From NCBI RefSeq assembly GCF_009914755.1, contig NC_060925.1: DNA of 64,000 nucleotides. One strand, 5' to 3'. The notes under the pieces are model-generated. The model saw only the letters and a list, made by a program, of their open reading frames with translations. It was not told where the DNA came from and made no database searches. Origin of the DNA: the human T2T-CHM13v2.0 reference genome, Homo sapiens. Below are positions 52,594 through 64,000 of this stretch, piece by piece (the stretch's first letter is position 1; each line of letters starts with the position of its first letter). A program made the translations under genes and the position numbers.

Positions 52594-55500
52594 TTACACA
52601 GAGCAGACTTGAAACATTCTTTTTGTGGAATTTGCAAGTGGAGATTTCAGCCGCTTTGAGGTCAATGGTAGAATAGGAAATATCTTCCTATAGAAACTAG
52701 ACAGAACGATTCTCAGAAACTCCTTTGTGATGTGTGCGTTCAACTCACAGAGTTTAACCTTTCTTTTCATAGAGCAGTTAGGAAACACTCTATTTGTAAA
52801 GTCTGCAAGTGGATATTCAGACCTCTTTGAGGCCTTCGTTGGAAACGGGATTTCTTCATATTCTGCTAGACAGAAGAATTCTCAGTAACTTCCTTGTGTT
52901 GTGTGTATTCAACTCACAGAGTTGAACGATCCTTTACACAGAGCAGACTTGAAACACTCTTTTTGTGGAATTTGCAAGTGGAGATTTCAGCCGCTTTGAG
53001 GTCAATAGTAGAAAAGGAAATATCTTCGTAGAAAAACTAGACAGAATGATTCTCAGAAACTCCTTTGTGATGTGTGTGTTCAACTCACAGAGTTTAACCT
53101 TTCTTTTCATAGAGCAGTTAGTAAACACTCTGTTTATAAAGTCTGCAAGTGGATATTCAGACCCCTTTGAGGCCTTCGTTGGAAACGGGATTTCTTCATA
53201 TTATGCTAGACAGAAGAATTCTCAGTAACTTCCTTGTGTTTTGTGTATTCAACTGACAGAGTTGAACTTTCATTTAGAGAGAGCAGATTTGAAACACTGT
53301 TTTTGTGGAATTTGCAATTGGAGATTTCAAGCGCTTTGGGGCCAAAGGCAGAAAAGGAAATATCTTCGTATAAAAACTAGACAGAATCATTCTCAGAAAC
53401 TCCTTTGTGATGTGTGCGTTCAACTCTCAGAGTTTAACTTTTCTTTTCATTCAGCGGTTTGGAAACACTCTGTTTGTAAAGTCTGCACGTGGAAATTTTG
53501 ACCACTTAGAGGCCTTCGTTGGAAACGGGTTTTTTTCATGTAAGGCTAGACAGAAGAATTCCCAGTAACTTCCTTGTGTTGTGTGCATTCAACTCACAGA
53601 GTTGAACGTTCCCTTAGACAGAGCAGATTTGAAACACTCTATTTGTGCAATTTGCAAGTGTAGTTTTCAAGCTCTTTAAGGTCAATGGCAGAAAAGGAAA
53701 TATCTTCGTTTCAAAACTAGACAGAATCATTCCCACAAACTGCGTTGTGATGTGTTCGTTCAACTCACAGAGTTTAACCTTTCTGTTCATAGAGCAGTTA
53801 GGAAACACTCTGTTTGTAAAGTCTGTAAGTGGATATTCTGACATCTTGTGGCCTTCGTTGGAAACGGGATTTCTTCATATTCTGCTAGACAGAAGAATTC
53901 TCAGTAACTTCCTTGTGTTGTGTGTATTCAACTCACAGAGTTGAACGATCCTTTACACAGAGCAGACTTGAAACACTCTTTTTGTGGAATTTGCAAGTGG
54001 AGATTTCAGCCGCTTTGAGGTCAATGGTAGAAAAGGAAACTATCTTCATATAAAGACTAGACAGAATGATTCTCAGAAAATCTTTTGTGATGTGTGCGTT
54101 CAACTCACAGAGTTTAACTTTTCTTCTCATAGAGCAGTTAGGAAACACTCTGTTTGTAAAGTCTGCAAGTGGATATTCAGACATCTTTGAGGCCTTCGTT
54201 GGAAACGGGATTTCTTCATATTCTGCTAGACAGAAGAATTCTCAGTAACTTCCTTGTGTTGTGTGTATTCAACTCACAGAGTTGAAGGATCCTTTACAGA
54301 GAGCAGGCTTGAAACACTCTTTTTGTCGAATTTGCAAGTGGAGATTTCAGCCGCTTTGAGGTCAATGGTAGAATAGGAAATATCTTCTTATAGAAACTAG
54401 ACAGAATGATTCTCATAAACTCCTTTGTGATGTGTGCGTTCAACTCACAGAGTTTAACCTTTCTTTTCATAGAGCAGTTAGGAAACACTCTGTTTGTAAA
54501 GTCTGCAAGTGGATATTCAGACCTCCTTGAGGCCTTCGTTGGAAACGGGATTTCTTCATATTCTGCTAGACAGAAGAATTCTCAGTAACTTCCTTGTGTT
54601 GTGTTTATTCAACTCACAGAGTTGAATGATCCTTTACACAGAGCAGACTTGAAACACTCTTTTTGTGGAATTTGCAAGTGGAGATTTCAGCCGCTTTGAG
54701 GTCAACGGTAGAAAAGTAAATATCTTCGTATAAAGACTAGACAGAATGATTCTCAGAAACTCCTTTGTGATGTGTGCGTTCAACTCACAGAGTTTAACCT
54801 TACTGTTCATAGAGCAGTTAGGAAACACTCTGTTTGTAAAGTCTGCAAGTGGATATTCAGACCTGTTTGAGGCCTTCGTTGGAAACGGGATTTCTTCATA
54901 TTATGCTAGACAGAAGAATTCTCAGTAACTTCCTTGTGTTGTGTGTATTCAACTCACAGAGTTGAACGATCCTTTACACAGAGCAGACTTGAAACATTCT
55001 TTTTGTGGAATTTGCAAGTGGAGATTTCAGCCGCTTTGAGGTCAATGGTAGAATAGGAAATATCTTCCTATAGAAACTAGACAGAACGATTCTCAGAAAC
55101 TCCTTTGTGATGTGTGCGTTCAACTCACAGAGTTTAACCTTTCTGTTCATAGAGCAGTTAGGAAACACTCTATTTGTAAAGTCTGCAAGTGGATATTCAG
55201 ACCTCTTTGAGGCCTTCGTTGGAAACGGGATTTCTTCATATTCTGCTAGACAGAAGAATTCTCAGTAACTTCCTTGTGTTGTGTGTATTCAACTCACAGA
55301 GTTGAACGATCCTTTACACAGAGCAGACTTGAAACACTCTTTTTGTGGAATTTGCAAGTGGAGATTTCAGCCGCTTTGAGGTCAATAGTAGAAAAGGAAA
55401 TATCTTCGTAGAAAAACTAGACAGAATGATTCTCAGAAACTCCTTTGTGATGTGTGTGTTCAACTCACAGAGTTTAACCTTTCTTTTCATAGAGCAGTTA

Positions 55501-58500
55501 GTAAACACTCTGTTTATAAAGTCTGCAAGTGGATATTCAGACCCCTTTGAGGCCGTCGTTGGAAACGGGATTTCTTCATATTATGCTAGACAGAAGAATT
55601 CTCAGTAACTTCCTTGTGTTGTGTGTATTCAACTGACAGAGTTGAACTTTCATTTAGAGAGAGCAGATTTGAAACACTGTTTTTGTGGAATTTGCAATTG
55701 GAGATTTCAAGCGCTTTGGGGCCAAAGGCAGAAAAGGAAATATCTTCGTATAAAAACTAGACAGAATCATTCTCAGAAACTCCTTTGTGATGTGTGCGTT
55801 CAACTCTCAGAGTTTAACTTTTCTTTTCATTCAGCGGTTTGGAAACACTCTGTTTGTAAAGTCTGCACGTGGATATTTTGACCACTTAGAGGCCTTCGTT
55901 GGAAACGGGTTTTTTTCATGTAAGGCTAGACAGAAGAATTCCCAGTAACTTCCTTGTGTTGTGTGCATTCAACTCACAGAGTTGAACGTTCCCTTAGACA
56001 GAGCAGATTTGAAACACTCTATTTGTGCAATTTGCAAGTGTAGATTTCAAGCGCTTTAAAGTCAATGGCAGAAAAGGAAATATCTTCGTTTCAAAACTAG
56101 ACAGAATCATTCCCACAAACTGCGTTGTGATGTGTTCGTTCAACTCACAGAGTTTAACCTTTCTGTTCATAGAGCAGTTAGGAAACACTCTGTTTGTAAA
56201 GTCTGCAAGTGGATATTCAGACCTCTTTGAGGCCTTCGTTGGAAACGGGATTTCTTCATATTCTGCTAGACAGAAGAATTCTCAGTAACTTCCTTGTGTT
56301 GTGTGTATTCAACTCACAGAGTTGAACGATCCTTTACACAGAGCAGACTTGAAACACTCTTTTTGTGGAATTTGCAAGTGGAGATTTCAGCCGCTTTGAG
56401 GTCAATAGTAGAAAAGGAAATATCGTCGTAGAAAAACTAGACAGAATGATTCTCAGAAACTCCTTTGTGATGTGTGTGTTCAACTCACAGAGTTTAACCT
56501 TTCTTTTCATAGAGCAGCTAGTAAACACTCTGTTTATGAAATCTGCAAGTGGATATTCAGACCCCTTTGAGGCCTTCGTTGGAAACGGGATTTCTTCATA
56601 TTCTGCTAGACAGAAGAATTCTCAGTAACTTCCTTGTGTTGTGTGTATTCAACTGACAGAGTTGAACTTTCATTTGGAGAGAGCAGATTTGAAACACTGT
56701 TTTTGTGGAATTTGCAAGTGGAGATTTCAAGCGCTTTGGGGCCAAAGGCAGAAAAGGAAATATCTTCGTATAAAAACTAGACAGAATCATTCTCAGAAAC
56801 TGCTGCGTGATGTGTGCGTTCAACTCTCAGAGTTTAACTTTTCTTTTCATTCAGCGGTTTGGAAACACTCTGTTTGTAAAGTCTGCACGTGGAAATTTTG
56901 ACCACTTAGAGGCCTTCGTTGGAAACGGGTTTTTTTCATGTAAGGCTAGACAGAAGAATTCCCAGTAACTTCCTTGTGTTGTGTGCATTCAACTCACAGA
57001 GTTGAACGTTCCCTTAGACAGAGCAGATTTGAAACACTCTATTTGTGCAATTTGCAAGTGTAGATTTCAAGCGCTTTAAGGTCAATGGCAGAAAAGGAAA
57101 TATCTTCGTTTCAAAACTAGACAGAATCATTCCCACAAACTGCGTTGTGATGTGTTCGTTCAACTCACAGAGTTTAACCTTTCTGTTCATAGAGCAGTTA
57201 GGAAACACTCTGTTTGTAAACTCTGTAAGTGGATATTCTGACATCTTGTGGCCTTCGTTGGAAACGGGATTTCTTCATATTCTGCTAGACAGAAGAATTC
57301 TCAGTAACTTCCTTGTGTTGTGTGTATTCAACTCACAGAGTTGAATGATCCTTTACACAGAGCAGACTTGAAACACTCTTTTTGTGGAATTTGCAAGTGG
57401 AGATTTCAGCCGCTTTGAGGTCAATGGTAGAAAAGGAAACTATCTTCATATAAAGAATAGACAGAATGATTCTCAGAAAATCTTTTGTGATGTGTGCGTT
57501 CAACTCACAGAGTTTAACTTTTCTTCTCATAGAGCAGTTAGGAAACACTCTGTTTGTAAAGTCTGCAAGTGGATATTCAGACCTCTTTGAGGCCTTCGTT
57601 GGAAACGGGATTTCTTCATATTATGCTAGACAGAATAATTCTCAGTAACTTCCTTGTGTTGTGTGTATTTAACTCACAGAGTTGAAGGATCCTTTACAGA
57701 GAGCAGGCTTGAAACACTCTTTTTGTCGAATTTGCAAGTGGAGATTTCAGCCGCTTTGAGGTCAACGGTAGAAAAGTAAATATCTTCGTATAAAGACTAG
57801 ACAGAATGATTCTCAGAAACTCCTTTGTGATGTGTGCGTTCAACTCACAGAGTTTAACCTTTCTGTTCATAGAGCAGTTAGGAAACACTCTGTTTGTAAA
57901 GTCTGCAAGTGGATATTCAGACCTCCTTGAGGCCTTCGTTGGAAACGGGATTTCTTCATATTCTGCTAGACAGAAGAATTCTCAGTAACTTCCTTGTGTT
58001 GTGTTTATTCAACTCACAGAGTTGAATGATCCTTTACACAGAGCAGACTTGAAACACTCTTTTTGTGGAATTTGCAAGTGGAGATTTCAGCCGCTTTGAG
58101 GTCAACGGTAGAAAAGTAAATATCTTCGTATAAAGACTAGACAGAATGATTCTCAGAAACTCCTTTGTGATGTGTGCGTTCAACTCACAGAGTTTAACCT
58201 TTCTGTTCATAGAGCAGTTAGGAAACACTCTGTTTGTAAAGTCTGCAAGTGGATATTCAGACCTCCTTGAGGCCTTCGTTGGAAACGGGATTTCTTCATA
58301 TTCTGCTAGACAGAAGAATTCTCAGTAACTTCCTTGTGTTGTGTGTATTCAACTCACAGAGTTGAACGATCCTTTACACAGAGCAGACTTGAAACACTCT
58401 TTTTGTGGAATTTGCAAGTGGAGATTTCAGCCGCTTTGAGGTCAATGGTAGAAAAGGAAACTATCTTCATATAAAGACTAGACAGAATGATTCTCAGAAA

Positions 58501-59220
58501 ATCTTTTGTGATGTGTGCGTTCAACTCACAGAGTTTAACTTTTCTTCTCATAGAGCAGTTAGGAAACACTCTGTTTGTAAAGTCTGCAAGTGGATATTCA
58601 GACATCTTTGAGGCCTTCGTTGGAAACGGGATTTCTTCATATTCTGCTAGACAGAAGAATTCTCAGTAACTTCCTTGTGTTGTGTGTATTCAACTCACAG
58701 AGTTGAAGGATCCTTTACAGAGAGCAGGCTTGAAACACTCTTTTTGTCGAATTTGCAAGTGGAGATTTCAGCCGCTTTGAGGTCAATGGTAGAATAGGAA
58801 ATATCTTCTTATAGAAACTAGACAGAATGATTCTCATAAACTCCTTTGTGATGTGTGCGTTCAACTCACAGAGTTTAACCTTTCTTTTCATAGAGCAGTT
58901 AGGAAACACTCTGTTTGTAAAGTCTGCAAGTGGATATTCAGACCTCCTTGAGGCCTTCGTTGGAAACGGGATTTCTTCATATTCTGCTAGACAGAAGAAT
59001 TCTCAGTAACTTCCTTGTGTTGTGTTTATTCAACTCACAGAGTTGAATGATCCTTTACACAGAGCAGACTTGAAACACTCTTTTTGTGGAATTTGCAAGT
59101 GGAGATTTCAGCCGCTTTGAGGTCAACGGTAGAAAAGTAAATATCTTCGTATAAAGACTAGACAGAATGATTCTCAGAAACTCCTTTGTGATGTGTGCGT
59201 TCAACTCACAGAGTTTAACC
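52594..59220 (+). repeat. Copy 2 of the ~6.6-kb dispersed duplication
   Basis: ggccgtcgtt, tatcgtcgta, agcagctagt, tttatgaaat, gtaaactctg, aagaatagac and gtatttaact each occur only here and in copy 1. Confidence 0.9.
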
Positions 59221-62094
59221 TTACTGTTCATAGAGCAGTTAGGAAACACTCTGTTTGTAAAGTCTGCACGTGGAAATTTTGACCACTTAGAGGCCTTCGT
59301 TGGAAACGGGTTTTTTTCATGTAAGGCTAGACAGAAGAATTCCCAGTAACTTCCTTGTGTTGTGTGCATTCAACTCACAGAGTTGAACGTTCCCTTAGAC
59401 AGAGCAGATTTGAAACACTCTATTTGTGCAATTTGCAAGTGTAGTTTTCAAGCTCTTTAAGGTCAATGGCAGAAAAGTAAATATCTTCGTATAAAGACTA
59501 GACAGAATGATTCTCAGAAACTCCTTTGTGATGTGTGCGTTCAACTCACAGAGTTTAACCTTTCTGTTCATAGAGCAGTTAGGAAACACTCTGTTTGTAA
59601 AGTCTGCAAGTGGATATTCAGACCTCTTTGAGGCCTTCGTTGGAAACGGGATTTCTTCATATTCTGCTAGACAGAAGAATTCTCAGTAACTTCCTTGTGT
59701 TGTGTGTATTCAACTCACAGAGTTGAACGATCCTTTACACAGAGCAGACTTGAAACACTCTTTTTGTGGAATTTGCAAGTGGAGATTTCAGCCGCTTTGA
59801 GGTCAATGGTAGAAAAGGAAACTATCTTCATATAAAGACTAGACAGAATGATTCTCAGAAAATCTTTTGTGATGTGTGCGTTCAACTCACAGAGTTTAAC
59901 TTTTCTTCTCATAGAGCAGTTAGGAAACACTCTGTTTGTAAAGTCTGCAAGTGGATATTCAGACATCTTTGAGGCCTTCGTTGGAAACGGGATTTCTTCA
60001 TATTCTGCTAGACAGAAGAATTCTCAGTAACTTCCTTGTGTTGTGTGTATTCAACTCACAGAGTTGAAGGATCCTTTACAGAGAGCAGGCTTGAAACACT
60101 CTTTTTGTCGAATTTGCAAGTGGAGATTTCAGCCGCTTTGAGGTCAATGGTAGAATAGGAAATATCTTCTTATAGAAACTAGACAGAATGATTCTCATAA
60201 ACTCCTTTGTGATGTGTGCGTTCAACTCACAGAGTTTAACCTTTCTTTTCATAGAGCAGTTAGGAAACACTCTGTTTGTAAAGTCTGCAAGTGGATATTC
60301 AGACCTCCTTGAGGCCTTCGTTGGAAACGGGATTTCTTCATATTCTGCTAGACAGAAGAATTCTCAGTAACTTCCTTGTGTTGTGTTTATTCAACTCACA
60401 GAGTTGAATGATCCTTTACACAGAGCAGACTTGAAACACTCTTTTTGTGGAATTTGCAAGTGGAGATTTCAGCCGCTTTGAGGTCAACGGTAGAAAAGTA
60501 AATATCTTCGTATAAAGACTAGACAGAATGATTCTCAGAAACTCCTTTGTGATGTGTGCGTTCAACTCACAGAGTTTAACCTTTCTGTTCATAGAGCAGT
60601 TAGGAAACACTCTGTTTGTAAAGTCTGCAAGTGGATATTCAGACCTCTTTGAGGCCTTCGTTGGAAACGGGATTTCTTCATATTCTGCTAGACAGAAGAA
60701 TTCTCAGTAACTTCCTTGTGTTGTGTGTATTCAACTCACAGAGTTGAACGATCCTTTACGCAGAGCAGACTTGAAACACTCTTTTTGTGGAATTTGCAAG
60801 TGGAGATTTCAGCCGCTTTGAGGTCAATAGTAGAAAAGGAAATATCTTCGTAGAAAAACTAGACAGAATGATTCTCAGAAACTCCTTTGTGATGTGTGTG
60901 TTCAACTCACAGAGTTTAACCTTTCTTTTCATAGAGCAGTTAGTAAACCCTCTGTTTATAAAGTCTGCAAGTGGATATTCAGACCCCTTTGAGGCCTTCG
61001 TTGGAAACGGGATTTCTTCATATTATGCTAGACAGAAGAATTCTCAGTAACTTCCTTGTGTTGTGTGTATTCAACTGACAGAGTTGAACTTTCATTTAGA
61101 GAGAGCAGATTTGAAACACTGTTTTTGTGGAATTTGCAAGTGGAGATTTCAAGCGCTTTGGGGCCAAAGGCAGAAAAGGAAATATCTTCGTATAAAAACT
61201 AGACAGAATCATTCTCAGAAACTGCTGCGTGATGTGTGCGTTCAACTCTCAGAGTTTAACTTTTCTTTTCATTCAGCGGTTTGGAAACACTCTGTTTGTA
61301 AAGTCTGCACGTGGATATTTTGACCACTTAGAGGCCTTCGTTGGAAACGGGTTTTTTTCATGTAAGGCTAGACAGAAGAATTCCCAGTAACTTCCTTGTG
61401 TTGTGTGCATTCAACTCACAGAGTTGAACGTTCCCTTAGACAGAGCAGATTTGAAACACTCTATTTGTGCAATTTGTAGTGTAGATTTCAAGCGCTTTAA
61501 GGTCAATGGCAGAAAAGGAAATTTCTTCGTTTCAAAACTAGACAGAATCATTCCCACAAACTGCGTTGTGATGTGTTCGTTCAACTCACAGAGTTTAACC
61601 TTTCTGTTCATAGAGCAGTTAGGAAACACTCTGTTTGTAAAGTCTGCAAGTGGATATTCAGACCTCCATGAGGCCTTCGTTGGAAACGGGATTTCTTCAT
61701 ATTCTGCTAGACAGAAGAATTCTCAGTAACTTCCTTGTGTTGTGTTTATTCAACTCACAGAGTTGAATGATCCTTTACACAGAGCAGACTTGAAACACTC
61801 TTTTTGTGGAATTTGCAAGTGGAGATTTCAGCCGCTTTGAGGTCAACGGTAGAAAAGTAAATATCTTCGTATAAAGACTAGACAGAATGATTCTCAGAAA
61901 CTCCTTTGTGATGTGTGCGTTCAACTCACAGAGTTTAACCTTTCTGTTCATAGAGCAGTTAGGAAACACTCTGTTTGTAAAGTCTGCAAGTGGATATTCA
62001 GACCTCTTTGAGGCCTTCGTTGGAAACGGGATTTCTTCATATTCTGCTAGACAGAAGAATTCTCAGTAACTTCCTTGTGTTGTGTGTATTCAAC

Positions 62095-64000
62095 TCACAG
62101 AGTTGAACGATCCTTTACACAGAGCAGACTTGAAACACTCTTTTTGTGGAATTTGCAAGTGGAGATTTCAGCCGCTTTGAGGTCAATGGTAGAAAAGGAA
62201 ACTATCTTCATATAAAGACTAGACAGAATGATTCTCAGAAAATCTTTTGTGATGTGTGCGTTCAACTCACAGAGTTTAACTTTTCTTCTCATAGAGCAGT
62301 TAGGAAACACTCTGTTTGTAAAGTCTGCAAGTGGATATTCAGACATCTTTGAGGCCTTCGTTGGAAACGGGATTTCTTCATATTCTGCTAGACAGAAGAA
62401 TTCTCAGTAACTTCCTTGTGTTGTGTGTATTCAACTCACAGAGTTGAAGGATCCTTTACAGAGAGCAGGCTTGAAACACTCTTTTTGTCGAATTTGCAAG
62501 TGGAGATTTCAGCCGCTTTGAGGTCAATGGTAGAATAGGAAATATCTTCTTATAGAAACTAGACAGAATGATTCTCATAAACTCCTTTGTGATGTGTGCG
62601 TTCAACTCACAGAGTTTAACCTTTCTTTTCATAGAGCAGTTAGGAAACACTCTGTTTGTAAAGTCTGCAAGTGGATATTCAGACCTCCTTGAGGCCTTCG
62701 TTGGAAACGGGATTTCTTCATATTCTGCTAGACAGAAGAATTCTCAGTAACTTCCTTGTGTTGTGTTTATTCAACTCACAGAGTTGAATGATCCTTTACA
62801 CAGAGCAGACTTGAAACACTCTTTTTGTGGAATTTGCAAGTGGAGATTTCAGCCGCTTTGAGGTCAACGGTAGAAAAGTAAATATCTTCGTATAAAGACT
62901 AGACAGAATGATTCTCAGAAACTCCTTTGTGATGTGTGCGTTCAACTCACAGAGTTTAACCTTTCTGTTCATAGAGCAGTTAGGAAACACTCTGTTTGTA
63001 AAGTCTGCAAGTGGATATTCAGACCTCTTTGAGGCCTTCGTTGGAAACGGGATTTCTTCATATTCTGCTAGACAGAAGAATTCTCAGTAACTTCCTTGTG
63101 TTGTGTGTATTCAACTCACAGAGTTGAACGATCCTTTACACAGAGCAGACTTGAAACACTCTTTTTGTGGAATTTGCAAGAGGAGATTTCAGCCGCTTTG
63201 AGGTCAATAGTAGAAAAGGAAATGTCTTCGTAGAAAAACTAGACAGAATGATTCTCAGAAACTCCTTTGTGATGTGTGTGTTCAACTCACAGAGTTTAAC
63301 CTTTCTTTTCATAGAGCAGTTAGTAAACACTCTGTTTATAAAGTCTGCAAGTGGATATTCAGACCCCTTTGAGGCCTTCGTTGGAAACGGGATTTCTTCA
63401 TATTATGCTAGACAGAAGAATTCTCAGTAACTTCCTTGTGTTGTGTGTATTCAACTGACAGAGTTGAACTTTCATTTGGAGAGAGCAGATTTGAAACACT
63501 GTTTTTGTGGAATTTGCAAGTGGAGATTTCAAGCGCTTTGGGGCCAAAGGCAGAAAAGGAAATATCTTCGTATAAAAACTAGACAGAATCATTCTCAGAA
63601 ACTGCTGCGTGATGTGTGCGTTCAACTCTCAGAGTTTAACCTTTCTTTTCATTCAGCGGTTTGGAAACACTCTGTTTGTAAAGTCTGCACGTGGATATTT
63701 TGACCACTTAGAGGCCTTCGTTGGAAACGGGTTTTTTTCATGTAAGGCTAGACAGAAGAATTCCCAGTAACTTCCTTGTGTTGTGTGCATTCAACTCACA
63801 GAGTTGAACGTTCCCTTAGACAGAGCAGATTTGAAACACTCTATTTGTGCAATTTGCAAGTGTAGATTTCAAGCGCTTTAAGGTCAACGGCAGAAAAGGA
63901 AATATCTTCGTTTCAAAACTAGACAGAATCATTCCCACAAACTGCGTTGTGATGTGTTCGTTCAACTCACAGAGTTTAACCTTTCTGTTCATAGAGCAGT
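62095..64000 (+). repeat. Dispersed copy of 48152-~50057 (offset 13943), running off the window end
   Basis: Same A-B-C-E-F-G order. The E variant combination gcaagagg + aaatgtcttc occurs only at ~49235-49285 and ~63178-63228. Confidence 0.8.

Larger units (their letters stand above)
1..64000 (+). repeat. Centromeric alpha-satellite HOR array, SF1 (J1/J2-type 340-bp dimer); most likely D1Z7/D5Z2/D19Z3 (S1C1/5/19H1L) family
   Basis: Continuous head-to-tail ~170-bp monomers ('agacagaa' at 32, 201, 372 gives 169+171 bp). Typical alphoid motifs (ttcaactcacagagtt, gaaacactctttttgtggaatttgcaagtgga). CENP-B box in alternate monomers and an EcoRI site in most dimers. Alpha-satellite/SF1 call is very secure. 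Family assignment rests on recognising a 6-mer core plus near-identical dimers; the exact chromosome cannot be determined here. Confidence 0.97.

Noticed and set aside
39-63703. Hundreds of 60-108 aa ORFs on both strands (MILRNSFVMC..., MFPNCSMKRK..., MCIQLTELN...)
   Set aside because: They are translations of the satellite that recur every 340 bp, overlap in several frames, often use non-ATG starts and are freely frameshifted. Similar 'hypothetical proteins' in databases typically reflect alphoid contamination. I used them only as SNV markers.
1-64000. CRISPR-like or diversity-generating repeat/cassette system
   Set aside because: There are no unique spacers, cas genes, reverse transcriptase or recombinase genes. 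The sequence between conserved motifs is itself repeated.
1-64000. L1/Alu/other insertions or inversions
   Set aside because: I saw no non-alphoid sequence, poly-A tail or target-site duplication. Every CENP-B box is in the same orientation and the 340-bp register is continuous apart from small indels.
1-64000. Assignment to one specific chromosome or to the CENP-A/CDR kinetochore site
   Set aside because: The chr1/5/19 arrays share this HOR family, and kinetochore position is epigenetic. Alignment to T2T assemblies and methylation/CENP-A data would be required.

Overview
The whole 64 kb window is one uninterrupted, single-orientation array of primate (almost certainly human) centromeric alpha-satellite DNA. 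It contains no genes, RNA genes, transposons or CRISPR arrays, and all listed ORFs are by-products of the repeat. The basic unit is a 340-bp dimer (169 + 171 bp monomers) with a CENP-B box in every second monomer, i.e. suprachromosomal family 1 (SF1), most consistent with the D1Z7/D5Z2/D19Z3 (chr1/5/19) HOR family. Diagnostic SNVs separate the dimers into types I label A-H. A: +1 bp 'aggaaactatc'. B: BamHI 'gaaggatcc', with B' = 'acaaaatgattctcatg'. C: 'aaaagtaaat'. D: 'aaacattct/cctatag'. E: 'caatagtag/ttagtaaac'. F: 'ggggccaaagg'. G: 'gttcccttag', -1 bp. H: generic. The dominant HOR is a 2040-bp 12-mer. From 1 to ~21.5 kb two 12-mers alternate as a 4080-bp super-repeat. Further right the array is a mosaic of 6- to 26-mer variants, tandem and dispersed multi-kb duplications, hybrid dimers, short conversion-like tracts, a 29-bp deletion and a few broken CENP-B boxes. 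I found no new coding system. The interest is in the recombination history recorded in the array. Mapping was done by eye, using the ORF track as a SNV readout, so breakpoints are approximate.
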